Positions 28,157 to 36,773 of a stretch of DNA of 64,000 nt are shown here, in pieces. Origin of the DNA: a virus (lineage: Duplodnaviria > Caudoviricetes); the IMG/VR virus record IMGVR_UViG_3300047463_000166, positions 95-64,094 of that record; one strand, 5' to 3'. Position 1 is the stretch's first letter; every line of letters starts with the position of its first letter. The notes below the pieces were generated by a model. It searched no databases and was not told the origin of the DNA. It saw only the letters and a program-made list of their open reading frames with translations. The translations under genes were made by a program, and so were the position numbers.

Positions 28157-28526
28157 CTCATTCCATGTACAGGCGCAGACTGTTCTCAAAACAGTTCAAG
28201 CAACTCTGACATGGAACGCCAACACGGAAACGGATCTTGCTGGATACAAGGTCTACCGTGGACAGGGCGCGACAGCATGTGCGACGACCGCGACGTTGCC
28301 AGCCCTGGTGGATGCAGCCGGAGCACCGATTACCGTGACACCGACCGCGACACCGACGTTTGTGGACAATACGTTTCAGTCTGTAGACAGCACGATCTGT
28401 TACGAGATAACAGCGTACGACACGGCTGGAAACGAGTCACCGAGGAGTAACCGTGCTGTTGCTTCGGTAAACGTAAACCCTCCGTCAGCCCCCCAAAGCC
28501 TCAACCTTCGCGTTGTGATAAAGTAA
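28083..28526 (+). CDS. Secreted fibronectin type III domain protein
   Basis: Signal peptide; LTWNANTETDLAGYKVYRG, YEITAYDTAGNESPRS. Confidence 0.85.
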   Translation: MKITTQGMWSVIVTVLTVAALLVTDSFHVQAQTVLKTVQATLTWNANTETDLAGYKVYRGQGATACATTATLPALVDAAGAPITVTPTATPTFVDNTFQSVDSTICYEITAYDTAGNESPRSNRAVASVNVNPPSAPQSLNLRVVIK

Positions 28527-28582
28527 AGGGCTTTTGGCGGTGGCTCTGCGGGTGGATGAATCTGAAGGTAACCATTAAATGA
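28475..28582 (+). other. Putative -1 programmed frameshift (A AAC CCT plus hairpin) giving an alternative C-terminus
   Basis: X XXY YYZ in frame; -1 frame open to TGA 28582, overlapping next ATG. Confidence 0.6.
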
Positions 28583-28737
28583 GAATAAAGATTCTGAAGG
28601 AGCCCTGCCCGAAATGTGGCGGGGCTCTCACCCCTGATCCAGTACAGGGAGATGGACTTTACTGGTGGTATCGGTGTATAAATTGTGGTTGCACACCGAG
28701 AGTGCCAAAGCCGAAGCGACCGGAGAGAACAATGTGA
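28579..28737 (+). CDS. Small zinc-ribbon protein (52 aa)
   Basis: CPKCGG...CINCG. Confidence 0.6.
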   Translation: MRIKILKEPCPKCGGALTPDPVQGDGLYWWYRCINCGCTPRVPKPKRPERTM

Positions 28738-29072
28738 AAGAGTATAACGTCAAAGAACTACCAGTGCAGAACGTGTGGCCGACCGGAGAGATCGGTATCT
28801 CGTGGATCGATGGCCTGTGGGAACGAAACGGTCAGAATCTCTTATGCCCTATCTCGAAACTCATTCTTGAAAAGCAGCCCCAAACGCCGTCGTGGATCAA
28901 AGCCGCGTCGATCATTCTTGGGTGGTCGCTTGGCCGGACACTTGCGTTCAAACTCTCATTAGGGAAAGCTCCCCTTTCCCAAAAAGGAAGTTCACATGAA
29001 GCCAACAAAGGCATCACCGACGCGCAATTATATAATCTCCTCTTCAAGTTGGCTCGGAAAGTTCATCACTGA
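28734..29072 (+). CDS. Hypothetical protein
   Basis: GTGA coupling, RBS GGAG. Confidence 0.5.
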   Translation: MKEYNVKELPVQNVWPTGEIGISWIDGLWERNGQNLLCPISKLILEKQPQTPSWIKAASIILGWSLGRTLAFKLSLGKAPLSQKGSSHEANKGITDAQLYNLLFKLARKVHH

Positions 29073-29185
29073 GTTCGTGCCGTACGCTCATGTCATGCTC
29101 GACGACGCAAAGGAAAATTACGTACTCACCAAGGAAGAATACAACTCTTACGTGGTCGCAGCCTATGCCGACCTAAAGGTACCCT

Positions 29186-29380
29186 ATGAAGACGACCGTC
29201 CAGAAGTTTCTTTTGTACAGCGCATTTCTTTGGATTAGTTTCAGTTCAGTGATCCTCATGATGATGCTGATTGTCGAGGTCGCCAGTACATTCGGCGGTC
29301 CCGCAGCCATTCTGATTATCGGGGCCACGGCATTCAGCTTTCTTTATCTCGTACATGTAAACCAGAAACAAAAGGCGTGA
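29186..29380 (+). CDS. Small two-TM membrane protein
   Basis: Two hydrophobic segments. Confidence 0.55.
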   Translation: MKTTVQKFLLYSAFLWISFSSVILMMMLIVEVASTFGGPAAILIIGATAFSFLYLVHVNQKQKA

Positions 29381-29381
29381 C

Positions 29382-29669
29382 ATGGAATACGAAATTCACA
29401 TCACAATGGAACATATTCCTGACAAGCTCAGTATGCAAGTGTTTCTCAACTCCTATAACTGGTCGTACTCCGCAATCGACGGAGATCCGCATCTTGGCCC
29501 CAAGGTTTTTCATTATGCGACCAAGCACTACGACGCGGACATTCACGATCTGCGGTACGTGCTTCAACGAACAGAAGACCTGATAACGCTGCTCCAACAG
29601 AACGGGGCGACTGTGGTTCGGCACAAGGTCGAATTGGTTGTCTTTGACAGTCGAAAAAGGGGGCAATAA
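29382..29669 (+). CDS. Hypothetical protein (YEIHIT...RHKVE type)
   Basis: TAATG coupling to dCMP deaminase. Confidence 0.65.
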   Translation: MEYEIHITMEHIPDKLSMQVFLNSYNWSYSAIDGDPHLGPKVFHYATKHYDADIHDLRYVLQRTEDLITLLQQNGATVVRHKVELVVFDSRKRGQ

Positions 29670-30157
29670 TGGATTTTAGGCGATCCAAGTGGGACCATCG
29701 GTTTCTGAAATTGGCCGAGCACATTGCCAGTTGGTCGAAAGATCCCTCGACCAAAGTCGGCGCGGTGCTCGTACAGGATGGTAATCGAGTCGTCGGGATT
29801 GGGTACAACGGCTTTCCTCGTGGCGTCAAGGACGACGATGAGCGATACGCAAACCGAGACAAGAAATACCAACTGGTCGTTCATGCAGAGGTCAACGCGA
29901 TTCTCATGGCTGGTGACAAAGCACGAGGCGCAACCCTCTACGTATGGCCGTCGTTCATGTCGCCGCCGATCTGTGCAGAGTGCTGCAAGACGGCGATCCA
30001 GGCCGGTATCCGTGAGATTGTCGGATATCAGATCGATGAGAAGGATTTGAACGAGCGTCAACTCAGATGGAAGGATTCGATTCTCGTGTCTCGTGATATG
30101 TGCTACGAGGCGGGGATCAGGTGCCGTGGGGTCTATCATTCAGGGGAGGGACTATGA
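29669..30157 (+). CDS. dCMP deaminase
   Basis: SKDPSTKVGA, GYNG, HAEVNA, PICAEC. Confidence 0.93.
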   Translation: MDFRRSKWDHRFLKLAEHIASWSKDPSTKVGAVLVQDGNRVVGIGYNGFPRGVKDDDERYANRDKKYQLVVHAEVNAILMAGDKARGATLYVWPSFMSPPICAECCKTAIQAGIREIVGYQIDEKDLNERQLRWKDSILVSRDMCYEAGIRCRGVYHSGEGL

Positions 30158-30735
30158 AAATCGCATTTACCGGTGCTGGTGGAACCGGCAAGACAACATT
30201 AGCGAAGTACCTTGCTGAGAAGTGGGGCATCCCCTACGTCGGCAGCGTCAGTCGTGAAGTGATGACGGAGATGGGTGTGGCGAGTGAGATGGCCCAAGAA
30301 CGAATGACGGACAACGAGCTACTGACTCTGCAACAGCGGATCTACGAGAGGCGAAAAGAGAAACTCGCGGCTCTTGATTCGTATGTCACCGACCGGTGTG
30401 CGTTGGACAACTACATCTACGGCCTTCGTCGGTGTGGCACTGCGTTGACCGAAGAGGTTCGTGCTGAGTGGGAGAAGGGAGCCGTGGCCGATCTCTATGC
30501 TCAGGATCTCGTGTTTCATACTCCGATCGGGTTGTTCGAGACGGTTGCGGACGGAGTGCGTGTGACGGATATCAGCCACCAACACTTGATGGACGCGGCC
30601 ATGTACGGTTTTCTTTGCAAACACGCCTTTGATAAGATGGCAGGACATGTGTATATCGTCAACATGGCCGATCTGAATCGACGGAAGAAGTATATCGACT
30701 CACTGGTTTCAGAGGTCTATGCCAATGGCAAATGA
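30154..30735 (+). CDS. P-loop nucleotide kinase-like (AAA_28/NadR-type) protein
   Basis: GAGGTGKTT, TDRCALD, DGVR. Confidence 0.8.
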   Translation: MKIAFTGAGGTGKTTLAKYLAEKWGIPYVGSVSREVMTEMGVASEMAQERMTDNELLTLQQRIYERRKEKLAALDSYVTDRCALDNYIYGLRRCGTALTEEVRAEWEKGAVADLYAQDLVFHTPIGLFETVADGVRVTDISHQHLMDAAMYGFLCKHAFDKMAGHVYIVNMADLNRRKKYIDSLVSEVYANGK

Positions 30736-30958
30736 ACATGTGCCTCCCGATATCCCTGTTGATCCGTATGAGCGTAAGCCGAAACTTACGCTCGTACCGT
30801 GTGACCACTTCTGGCTCGAAGTCAGAACGGTCCCTAACCAAGTCGTGATCGCAATCTGCAATCGTCGCGGGTGCCGGAAGCGGGGAACCTTTACGATGGA
30901 GGATTGGGGAGCCTTAGCACAAGAAGGACGGGCGTTGAACAAACCGGTGAGGGTATAA
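30719..30958 (+). CDS. Hypothetical protein
   Basis: CDHFW...C...C pattern. Confidence 0.5.
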   Translation: MPMANEHVPPDIPVDPYERKPKLTLVPCDHFWLEVRTVPNQVVIAICNRRGCRKRGTFTMEDWGALAQEGRALNKPVRV

Positions 30959-31123
30959 TGACAAGACTCGTACAGATTGGCGATTGGATTTGTTTTCAAC
31001 AATTAGGGAGTCCGACGTACGCTCTGGTGCTGTATATCCTTGACGAAGGATCAAGACTTGGGCGGAAAGTAGTGACGACAAATGGTGAAATCCACGAGTC
31101 ATCGATTCTTGAGATTCGTTGAG

Positions 31124-31498
31124 TTAAGGTTTGAGACTAGAGAGCAGATATCCGGCGACACCTGTTGCCAGAGAGCCAATGAAAGCCCATACGACTTTCC
31201 ACATGGAGCCAACTTTACCCTTTAGGTCGTGAACATGCGTCACCAAACCTGGGGTCTCGGCTGAACCGTACATCTGTAAGTGCATTTCCTTAAAGTCTTT
31301 GTGGTAATGGTCGTCGATCGCCTTGTGCTCTCGATGCTCCGCGATGAGGGTATTAAGAGCTTGCTGATTCGCGTGAAAAAGAAGAGCATTCTCATGCACT
31401 GAAGCTGTCAGTCTTTCGACATCTTTTGAGATGGAAATGATGAGTGCTTCTGGTGACTCCAACGCCATACCTACCTTATTTCCCTTATCTTCTGCCAC
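31124..31498 (-). CDS. Holin/XhlA-like membrane protein
   Basis: Coiled N-part with C-terminal TM helix; last late gene. Confidence 0.5.
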   Translation of the reverse strand: MAEDKGNKVGMALESPEALIISISKDVERLTASVHENALLFHANQQALNTLIAEHREHKAIDDHYHKDFKEMHLQMYGSAETPGLVTHVHDLKGKVGSMWKVVWAFIGSLATGVAGYLLSSLKP

Positions 31499-31530
31499 AG
31501 TTGACCCTCCTTAATATACGCGGAAAAGCC

Positions 31531-32001
31531 TTATGGAAGCAAGGCTGGATCCTGAATTGTAACATAAGGAAAGACGTGTGCAGACTCATTTTCTGATGAT
31601 ACGAACTCATTGCGAACTAAGGGAAATTTTCTAAGCAGCCCGTTGAGACCTGCTGAGGGAATCGAAATAGTGACGGTTTGTGTACCGGCGTACAGACTCC
31701 GATCTGATCCAGCCGCGTTTGTGACATATGGCAGACCGGCATCGGCAAAATTCATTGTGGACAAATCGATCGCCGCGTCGTAGGTCTCGATTACGAACGG
31801 GAGACCGGCATATGCCTTATCCAGCTCATTATTTTGAAGGTCACCGGATGTGGTCGTCTCAGCCGCGTTCCTCACGAATACGACGCCTTGAAAATCAAGA
31901 TCAAGGGCGTACGTATCGATCGATAATTTTGCGGAGGTCTCACAGAAGACCAATCCCGCGTGAGCAATATCCAGCGGTGTCAAATTACTTGGTAGTGCCA
32001 T
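31531..32001 (-). CDS. Hypothetical virion protein
   Basis: Repeated AGLP(F/Y)V motifs. Confidence 0.6.
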   Translation of the reverse strand: MALPSNLTPLDIAHAGLVFCETSAKLSIDTYALDLDFQGVVFVRNAAETTTSGDLQNNELDKAYAGLPFVIETYDAAIDLSTMNFADAGLPYVTNAAGSDRSLYAGTQTVTISIPSAGLNGLLRKFPLVRNEFVSSENESAHVFPYVTIQDPALLP

Positions 32002-32003
32002 GT

Positions 32004-34181
32004 CTACGCCTGTTGTGCTGAGAAGTCATCGATGTAGAGCGAGTACGTTGTCCCGCCATACACATGTACTTCTAATTCAATCACACCGGCCTCGGTCGGT
32101 CCAAGTGTAATCGTGACCTTTTCCCATGTGTCGGCTGCGACTGTGATGCTTGAACTCACGTCGTTCTCAATGCCAGTCAGTTGTCCGCCACGGCACACGA
32201 GTTTTCCCGTAATGCCGGTATTTGTTCGTCTCATCCAGACCGAGACTGTGACCGTTGCGCTTGCATTGACAGCCAGTTTTGCGAGTGGATAGATGAATGG
32301 AAAGTTTGAATTGAACATTGTTGTGGTTGTAGGACTGATCTTCCATGAGAGCCCACTCGCTGTATGACGAACGGAGTTTTCAGAGAACACGGTACATGCG
32401 AGTCCACCGGCATAGAGTCGATGATCGCCGCTCGTGCCGTTGAAGTTACGAAAACGAATGCCTGTTCGTTTGTGCCATGTCCCAGGAATCGCGTTGTCGA
32501 ACTTCGTGGTTTCAGCTAATGAGGATTTGAGCACCACAATGTCTTGTGGATAGTTGCCTGGATTGCCGTGAATAATTCCACCAGATGTGTTCCCGCTTGT
32601 CGTAATGGAGTTGTACGTACCAGTACCCATCCCTAAATATGCGCCATGTGAACTGCATCCTGTTGCTGTGAGGGCTTTCACGGTCCAGTTGGCCCACGTT
32701 CCATTGTCGTGTACCCATCCATAGCGAGCGTGGTCGGCTGAAGTCACAGTGCCGAAGATCCAATAATAATTATTCGCCGTAAGCCCATTAATACCGTCTC
32801 GGCAATTCTTCGTAATGAGCGTATCGACTCGTGAGAATATATTCTCGTTGTCGAGGTAGAACCCATACCCATAATACACACCAGCATCTCCCCCTGATAA
32901 CGTCACGATCTTTGTGAAGATGTTATCTGAACCAAACATTTTCACTCCGGAGCTACCAAACGGGCACACGCCGATGTAGTCTATTGTCGAGTCACTGATG
33001 TTGACATTGACACCTACATCACAACCACCAGCCCAAATGGTCCCGATCTGTGCCGATCCAGCACCAGTAAAGTGCCATCCTGTCGAATATCGATAACAGC
33101 CAATTTTGTCGAATTTGTAATATGATTTCGATCCCGCTCTGATACCGTACCCATACCCTGTGCGCCCATCAAAGTACGTCCCGTCGAGATTCTGTGTCGT
33201 CATCGCTGTCTGATCCCACCCACCGGAGAAGGTGATGAGTGAACCAGCCGAGCCACTGTCTTGCAGTTCTTGGACAACTGTAAATCCAAATTGCGGTTGA
33301 TCGGTTGCAATCGTCTTTCGTATCCATGCTGTGACAGATTCCGTCACTCCAGAATACCCACGAGAAAGACCACTGATTTGATAATATGCGATACCAGGCC
33401 AGAAATCGAGTTTCACAGTCGTTCCGTTGATATTCAAGATCGGGTACCACATCTCGTCGCCGCCTGTATTCTTTCCGATCAAAGTCTGTAAGTTCAAACA
33501 ATCATCACCAGCCGCTCGTGTCGTACTGATATTGTCGAGGTACACATCGCAAGCCCCTGGATCGAGATCACAATAGAGCGCGATCGACTGAATCGATGCA
33601 CCCAAAGCCGAGCCCTTGTTAATGTAGACTGGAAACCATCGCCCTGTGTAGGCTTGTGCCGGTATCGCCAATGTATCGACAGTCGTCACACCGGCTGTAT
33701 CGGAACACAGACGGATTGAAAGGGTATTTGCGGCCAAAGACGATGCGGTTTGAATCATGCACCAGAACGTAATGCCCTGGTAGGTGCTGTAGTTTTGAGC
33801 CGCACCGAGGGCAAAGTACGCCGCAAGACCGGTTGTGAAACCAGACGCAATGGCGATCTTGGCCGATTTATCTCCTGAGACACCACGGAAGTATGTCGTA
33901 TCTGCCGTACAGGTGACGTTGGCTGAGGCCGTCCAAGCTGTGTCACCGTCTGTAATGAGGGCGTTCCTGGCCGATCCAAGGGTCACTGTTGCGCTTTTAT
34001 TCGTGAAGGAGCCGGTCGTACCGAGCGACGTGGGGTTTGGGCTGCCCATGACCCTGATCGTGTCTCCTGGGGCAATTCTGGCTGCTGTAGCTCCACTTGT
34101 GATGGTCTTCCACCGGTTTGCAAAGGTCGTCCCGTCGTTTGAGTCATTTCCGCCTTCGTAATCTAAGTAAAAGGTCGCCAT
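32004..34181 (-). CDS. Tail spike/receptor-binding protein paralog B (beta-helix core)
   Basis: N-terminal YLDYEGGND..DGT; Gly/Tyr/Asn-rich repeats; C-terminal CBM-like domain. Confidence 0.65.
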   Translation of the reverse strand: MATFYLDYEGGNDSNDGTTFANRWKTITSGATAARIAPGDTIRVMGSPNPTSLGTTGSFTNKSATVTLGSARNALITDGDTAWTASANVTCTADTTYFRGVSGDKSAKIAIASGFTTGLAAYFALGAAQNYSTYQGITFWCMIQTASSLAANTLSIRLCSDTAGVTTVDTLAIPAQAYTGRWFPVYINKGSALGASIQSIALYCDLDPGACDVYLDNISTTRAAGDDCLNLQTLIGKNTGGDEMWYPILNINGTTVKLDFWPGIAYYQISGLSRGYSGVTESVTAWIRKTIATDQPQFGFTVVQELQDSGSAGSLITFSGGWDQTAMTTQNLDGTYFDGRTGYGYGIRAGSKSYYKFDKIGCYRYSTGWHFTGAGSAQIGTIWAGGCDVGVNVNISDSTIDYIGVCPFGSSGVKMFGSDNIFTKIVTLSGGDAGVYYGYGFYLDNENIFSRVDTLITKNCRDGINGLTANNYYWIFGTVTSADHARYGWVHDNGTWANWTVKALTATGCSSHGAYLGMGTGTYNSITTSGNTSGGIIHGNPGNYPQDIVVLKSSLAETTKFDNAIPGTWHKRTGIRFRNFNGTSGDHRLYAGGLACTVFSENSVRHTASGLSWKISPTTTTMFNSNFPFIYPLAKLAVNASATVTVSVWMRRTNTGITGKLVCRGGQLTGIENDVSSSITVAADTWEKVTITLGPTEAGVIELEVHVYGGTTYSLYIDDFSAQQA

Positions 34182-36448
34182 TAGCTTACTCCTAAATCGT
34201 CAATGTAACATGAGTAGGTTGACCCACCGTACACCACCATTTCTAGTTCTACCACACCGGCTGCTGATGGTGTGACGGTCACACTCAACTGCTGCCATGT
34301 ATCCGCTGCTGCTGTTATGCTCGAAGTTTGGTCGCTCGTGATCCCCGCCAACTGGTACGCTCGAAGTCTTAGAGTGGCTGTCAGACCAGTGTTCGTCCGG
34401 CGAGCCCACACGGTAATCGTCTTTGACACACCAGCCGGTAAATAAACTTTTGCAAACGGCCATATGAACGGCGTTTGAGCCGTCCAGTAGGTTGTAGACT
34501 GTGGAGAAATCTTCCATGCCAAACCACTCGCGGTATGACGCACTGAGCTTTCAGAAAACACTTCGGTACGGTGTGAACCTGACCCATAATAATTTCGATG
34601 ATCTCCGCTTGTGCCGTTATAATCGTGGATATGAAGACCGCCCTGACTCGAACTATAGGAACCAGAATCAAAAAACACTGGAGTCGTACAGGTCAATGAT
34701 GATTTCAAAATGTCGAGTTGAGTTTTTCCACCACTAAATCGAATGCCGATCCCTGTACCTGTCGCAGTAAAATCACCGATAACGACACGCGAGCCACATG
34801 ATCCGTTCGATGAGAGCCAGAGAGCTTGGCATGAGCTATTCGTTGCACAGACCATTTGTTTGATGAAAAAATTTCTATGGTCGCTATCAAGATTACCAAA
34901 CGCAACTGATGTAGATGCGAGTGCGTCTGAATCGACAAGATCAATCGTGCTATCTGTTGCAATGGCAAACGACACACCAAATGTGCCGTGATTCTTTGAG
35001 TACGCTGCTCCGACCCAACTATTGATAAAGGAGCCAGTGAACGACACGCCTCCATAGTAGGAGGAGCCAGTACGAATTTCGGTGACTTTAATATCGGCAA
35101 TCGACGGAAGGTTCACCGCCGTATGGACGCCACTGTACCCGTTTCCGTACGCCCACATTTTATTCAGGGTGATGTTTTGTAGGTTGAGAGAATTGAACCC
35201 TTCGGCGTTTCCACACGCCCACAAGATACCGGTCGCTTCTACCGCACGGTAGGTCGCATCGACCAGACCAGTCCCACCATGAAGATAGTGACCAACCACG
35301 TTGTTGTTTGTGTGAATATCACCGATCCACTTCATGCCAGTTGATGTACCATCTGCACGAATGCCGTAGTAATACCGAACGAAGTTCATCTTCTCCGTCC
35401 AGATATAATTCTTCGAGGAGATATGATAGCCATAACCAAATCCACTCTGGCCGTCAAACCATGTTTCCCCTGTTTGTGTAGACATGTCTGTTGTGTTCCA
35501 CCCACCAGAAAATGTAATAGGTGTTCCAAGCGTTCCACTGTCCTGTACTGCTTGTACAGCAGTCGTACTCGCCGCTACAAGGTCTGTCTTAATGGTCTTG
35601 CGAATATAACCAGTCACGGTCTCCGTAGTACCGTAATAACCTTTCCACGATGCAATCGAGGCTACCGCAATGGTAGGATTGGCATCGAGGAGCAATGTTG
35701 TACCGCTGATACTTCTGAGACCCCACCATGTCTCTGTCGAAGTATTCTTCCCGATTAGAGTGGTGAGATTCAGACAATCATTTCCAGCGGCCTTCGTTGT
35801 ACTGATGTTATCGATGAAGAGGTTAATGGTCCCAGGATCAGAAATCGCATTGATTGAGATCGAGCGAATTGCCGAGCCAAGAGCCGAGCCTTTATTGACG
35901 TATACCGGCACCCATTGACCAACCTGTGAGATTGCAGGAATGGCGAATGAGTCAACAACAGTTTCCCCAACTGTGTCAGAGCAGAAATCAAGTGTGAGAA
36001 CACCGGCTGCGAGGGTTGCCGTAGTGACTTGGAACCAGAAAGTCACACCTTCATACGAACTGTAGTTCTGGTTCGACCCAAGATCAAGATACGCCACTTT
36101 ACCGGTCGCAAAACCAGCCGCGATTGCATGTTTGGCCGATCCTGTCGATGTTCGATAAACCGTCGTATCAGCGGTACACGTCACGTTTGCTGACGCTGTC
36201 CACGCTGTATCGCAATTCGTTACAAGAGCATTGAGTGCTGATGCCAACGTCACGGTTGCTGATCCGTTTGTCCAGGTCGCATTGACGGCAAGCGAGGTCG
36301 GGTCAGGAGACTGCTTCACGCGGATCGTATCACCAGGCGCAATACGCGCAGCCGTGGCTCCCGATGTAATCGTCTTCCATCGGTTTGCGAATGTCGTTCC
36401 GTCGTTGGCGTCATTACCGCCTTCGTAGTCAAGATAGAATGTTGCCAT
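34181..36448 (-). CDS. Tail spike/receptor-binding protein paralog A
   Basis: Same N- and C-terminal domains as paralog B, divergent core. Confidence 0.65.
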   Translation of the reverse strand: MATFYLDYEGGNDANDGTTFANRWKTITSGATAARIAPGDTIRVKQSPDPTSLAVNATWTNGSATVTLASALNALVTNCDTAWTASANVTCTADTTVYRTSTGSAKHAIAAGFATGKVAYLDLGSNQNYSSYEGVTFWFQVTTATLAAGVLTLDFCSDTVGETVVDSFAIPAISQVGQWVPVYVNKGSALGSAIRSISINAISDPGTINLFIDNISTTKAAGNDCLNLTTLIGKNTSTETWWGLRSISGTTLLLDANPTIAVASIASWKGYYGTTETVTGYIRKTIKTDLVAASTTAVQAVQDSGTLGTPITFSGGWNTTDMSTQTGETWFDGQSGFGYGYHISSKNYIWTEKMNFVRYYYGIRADGTSTGMKWIGDIHTNNNVVGHYLHGGTGLVDATYRAVEATGILWACGNAEGFNSLNLQNITLNKMWAYGNGYSGVHTAVNLPSIADIKVTEIRTGSSYYGGVSFTGSFINSWVGAAYSKNHGTFGVSFAIATDSTIDLVDSDALASTSVAFGNLDSDHRNFFIKQMVCATNSSCQALWLSSNGSCGSRVVIGDFTATGTGIGIRFSGGKTQLDILKSSLTCTTPVFFDSGSYSSSQGGLHIHDYNGTSGDHRNYYGSGSHRTEVFSESSVRHTASGLAWKISPQSTTYWTAQTPFIWPFAKVYLPAGVSKTITVWARRTNTGLTATLRLRAYQLAGITSDQTSSITAAADTWQQLSVTVTPSAAGVVELEMVVYGGSTYSCYIDDLGVS

Positions 36449-36765
36449 TACATCACCTTCGCATGACCAGCATCAAGCATGGCCTTGTTGACATTTCGAC
36501 CGAGAATCGTTTGGTCGTACAGTGTGCCAAGTAGTCTCCCATACTTATCATCTCGGTCCAACACCGTTTGGATCACGGTGATCTTAGGGAGAATACTGAT
36601 AAGGTACTCTTTGGCTAACGGTCCCTCCGGTATGTTCATCTCAGGGGCATTGACCCCAAGAAGTCTTACCGTCTTTGTGACTTTGATATGCAGGCCAAGG
36701 TCGATTGTCACGACGACCGTGTCACCATCAATGACTCTATCAACTGTACAGAAGTACGTGTACAT
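36448..36765 (-). CDS. Thermonuclease (SNase) family protein
   Basis: RVIDGDT, VRLLGVNAPE, DKYGRLLG. Confidence 0.88.
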   Translation of the reverse strand: MYTYFCTVDRVIDGDTVVVTIDLGLHIKVTKTVRLLGVNAPEMNIPEGPLAKEYLISILPKITVIQTVLDRDDKYGRLLGTLYDQTILGRNVNKAMLDAGHAKVM

Positions 36766-36773
36766 GGTGCTCC

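Noticed and set aside
30154-30735. Phage-encoded sigma54 enhancer-binding ATPase
   Set aside because: NMP-kinase-like P-loop at the extreme N-terminus; no GAFTGA motif
32004-36448. DGR or invertase-driven tail-fibre switching
   Set aside because: No reverse transcriptase or recombinase; paralogs are co-oriented and differ at synonymous sites, not adenine-specifically
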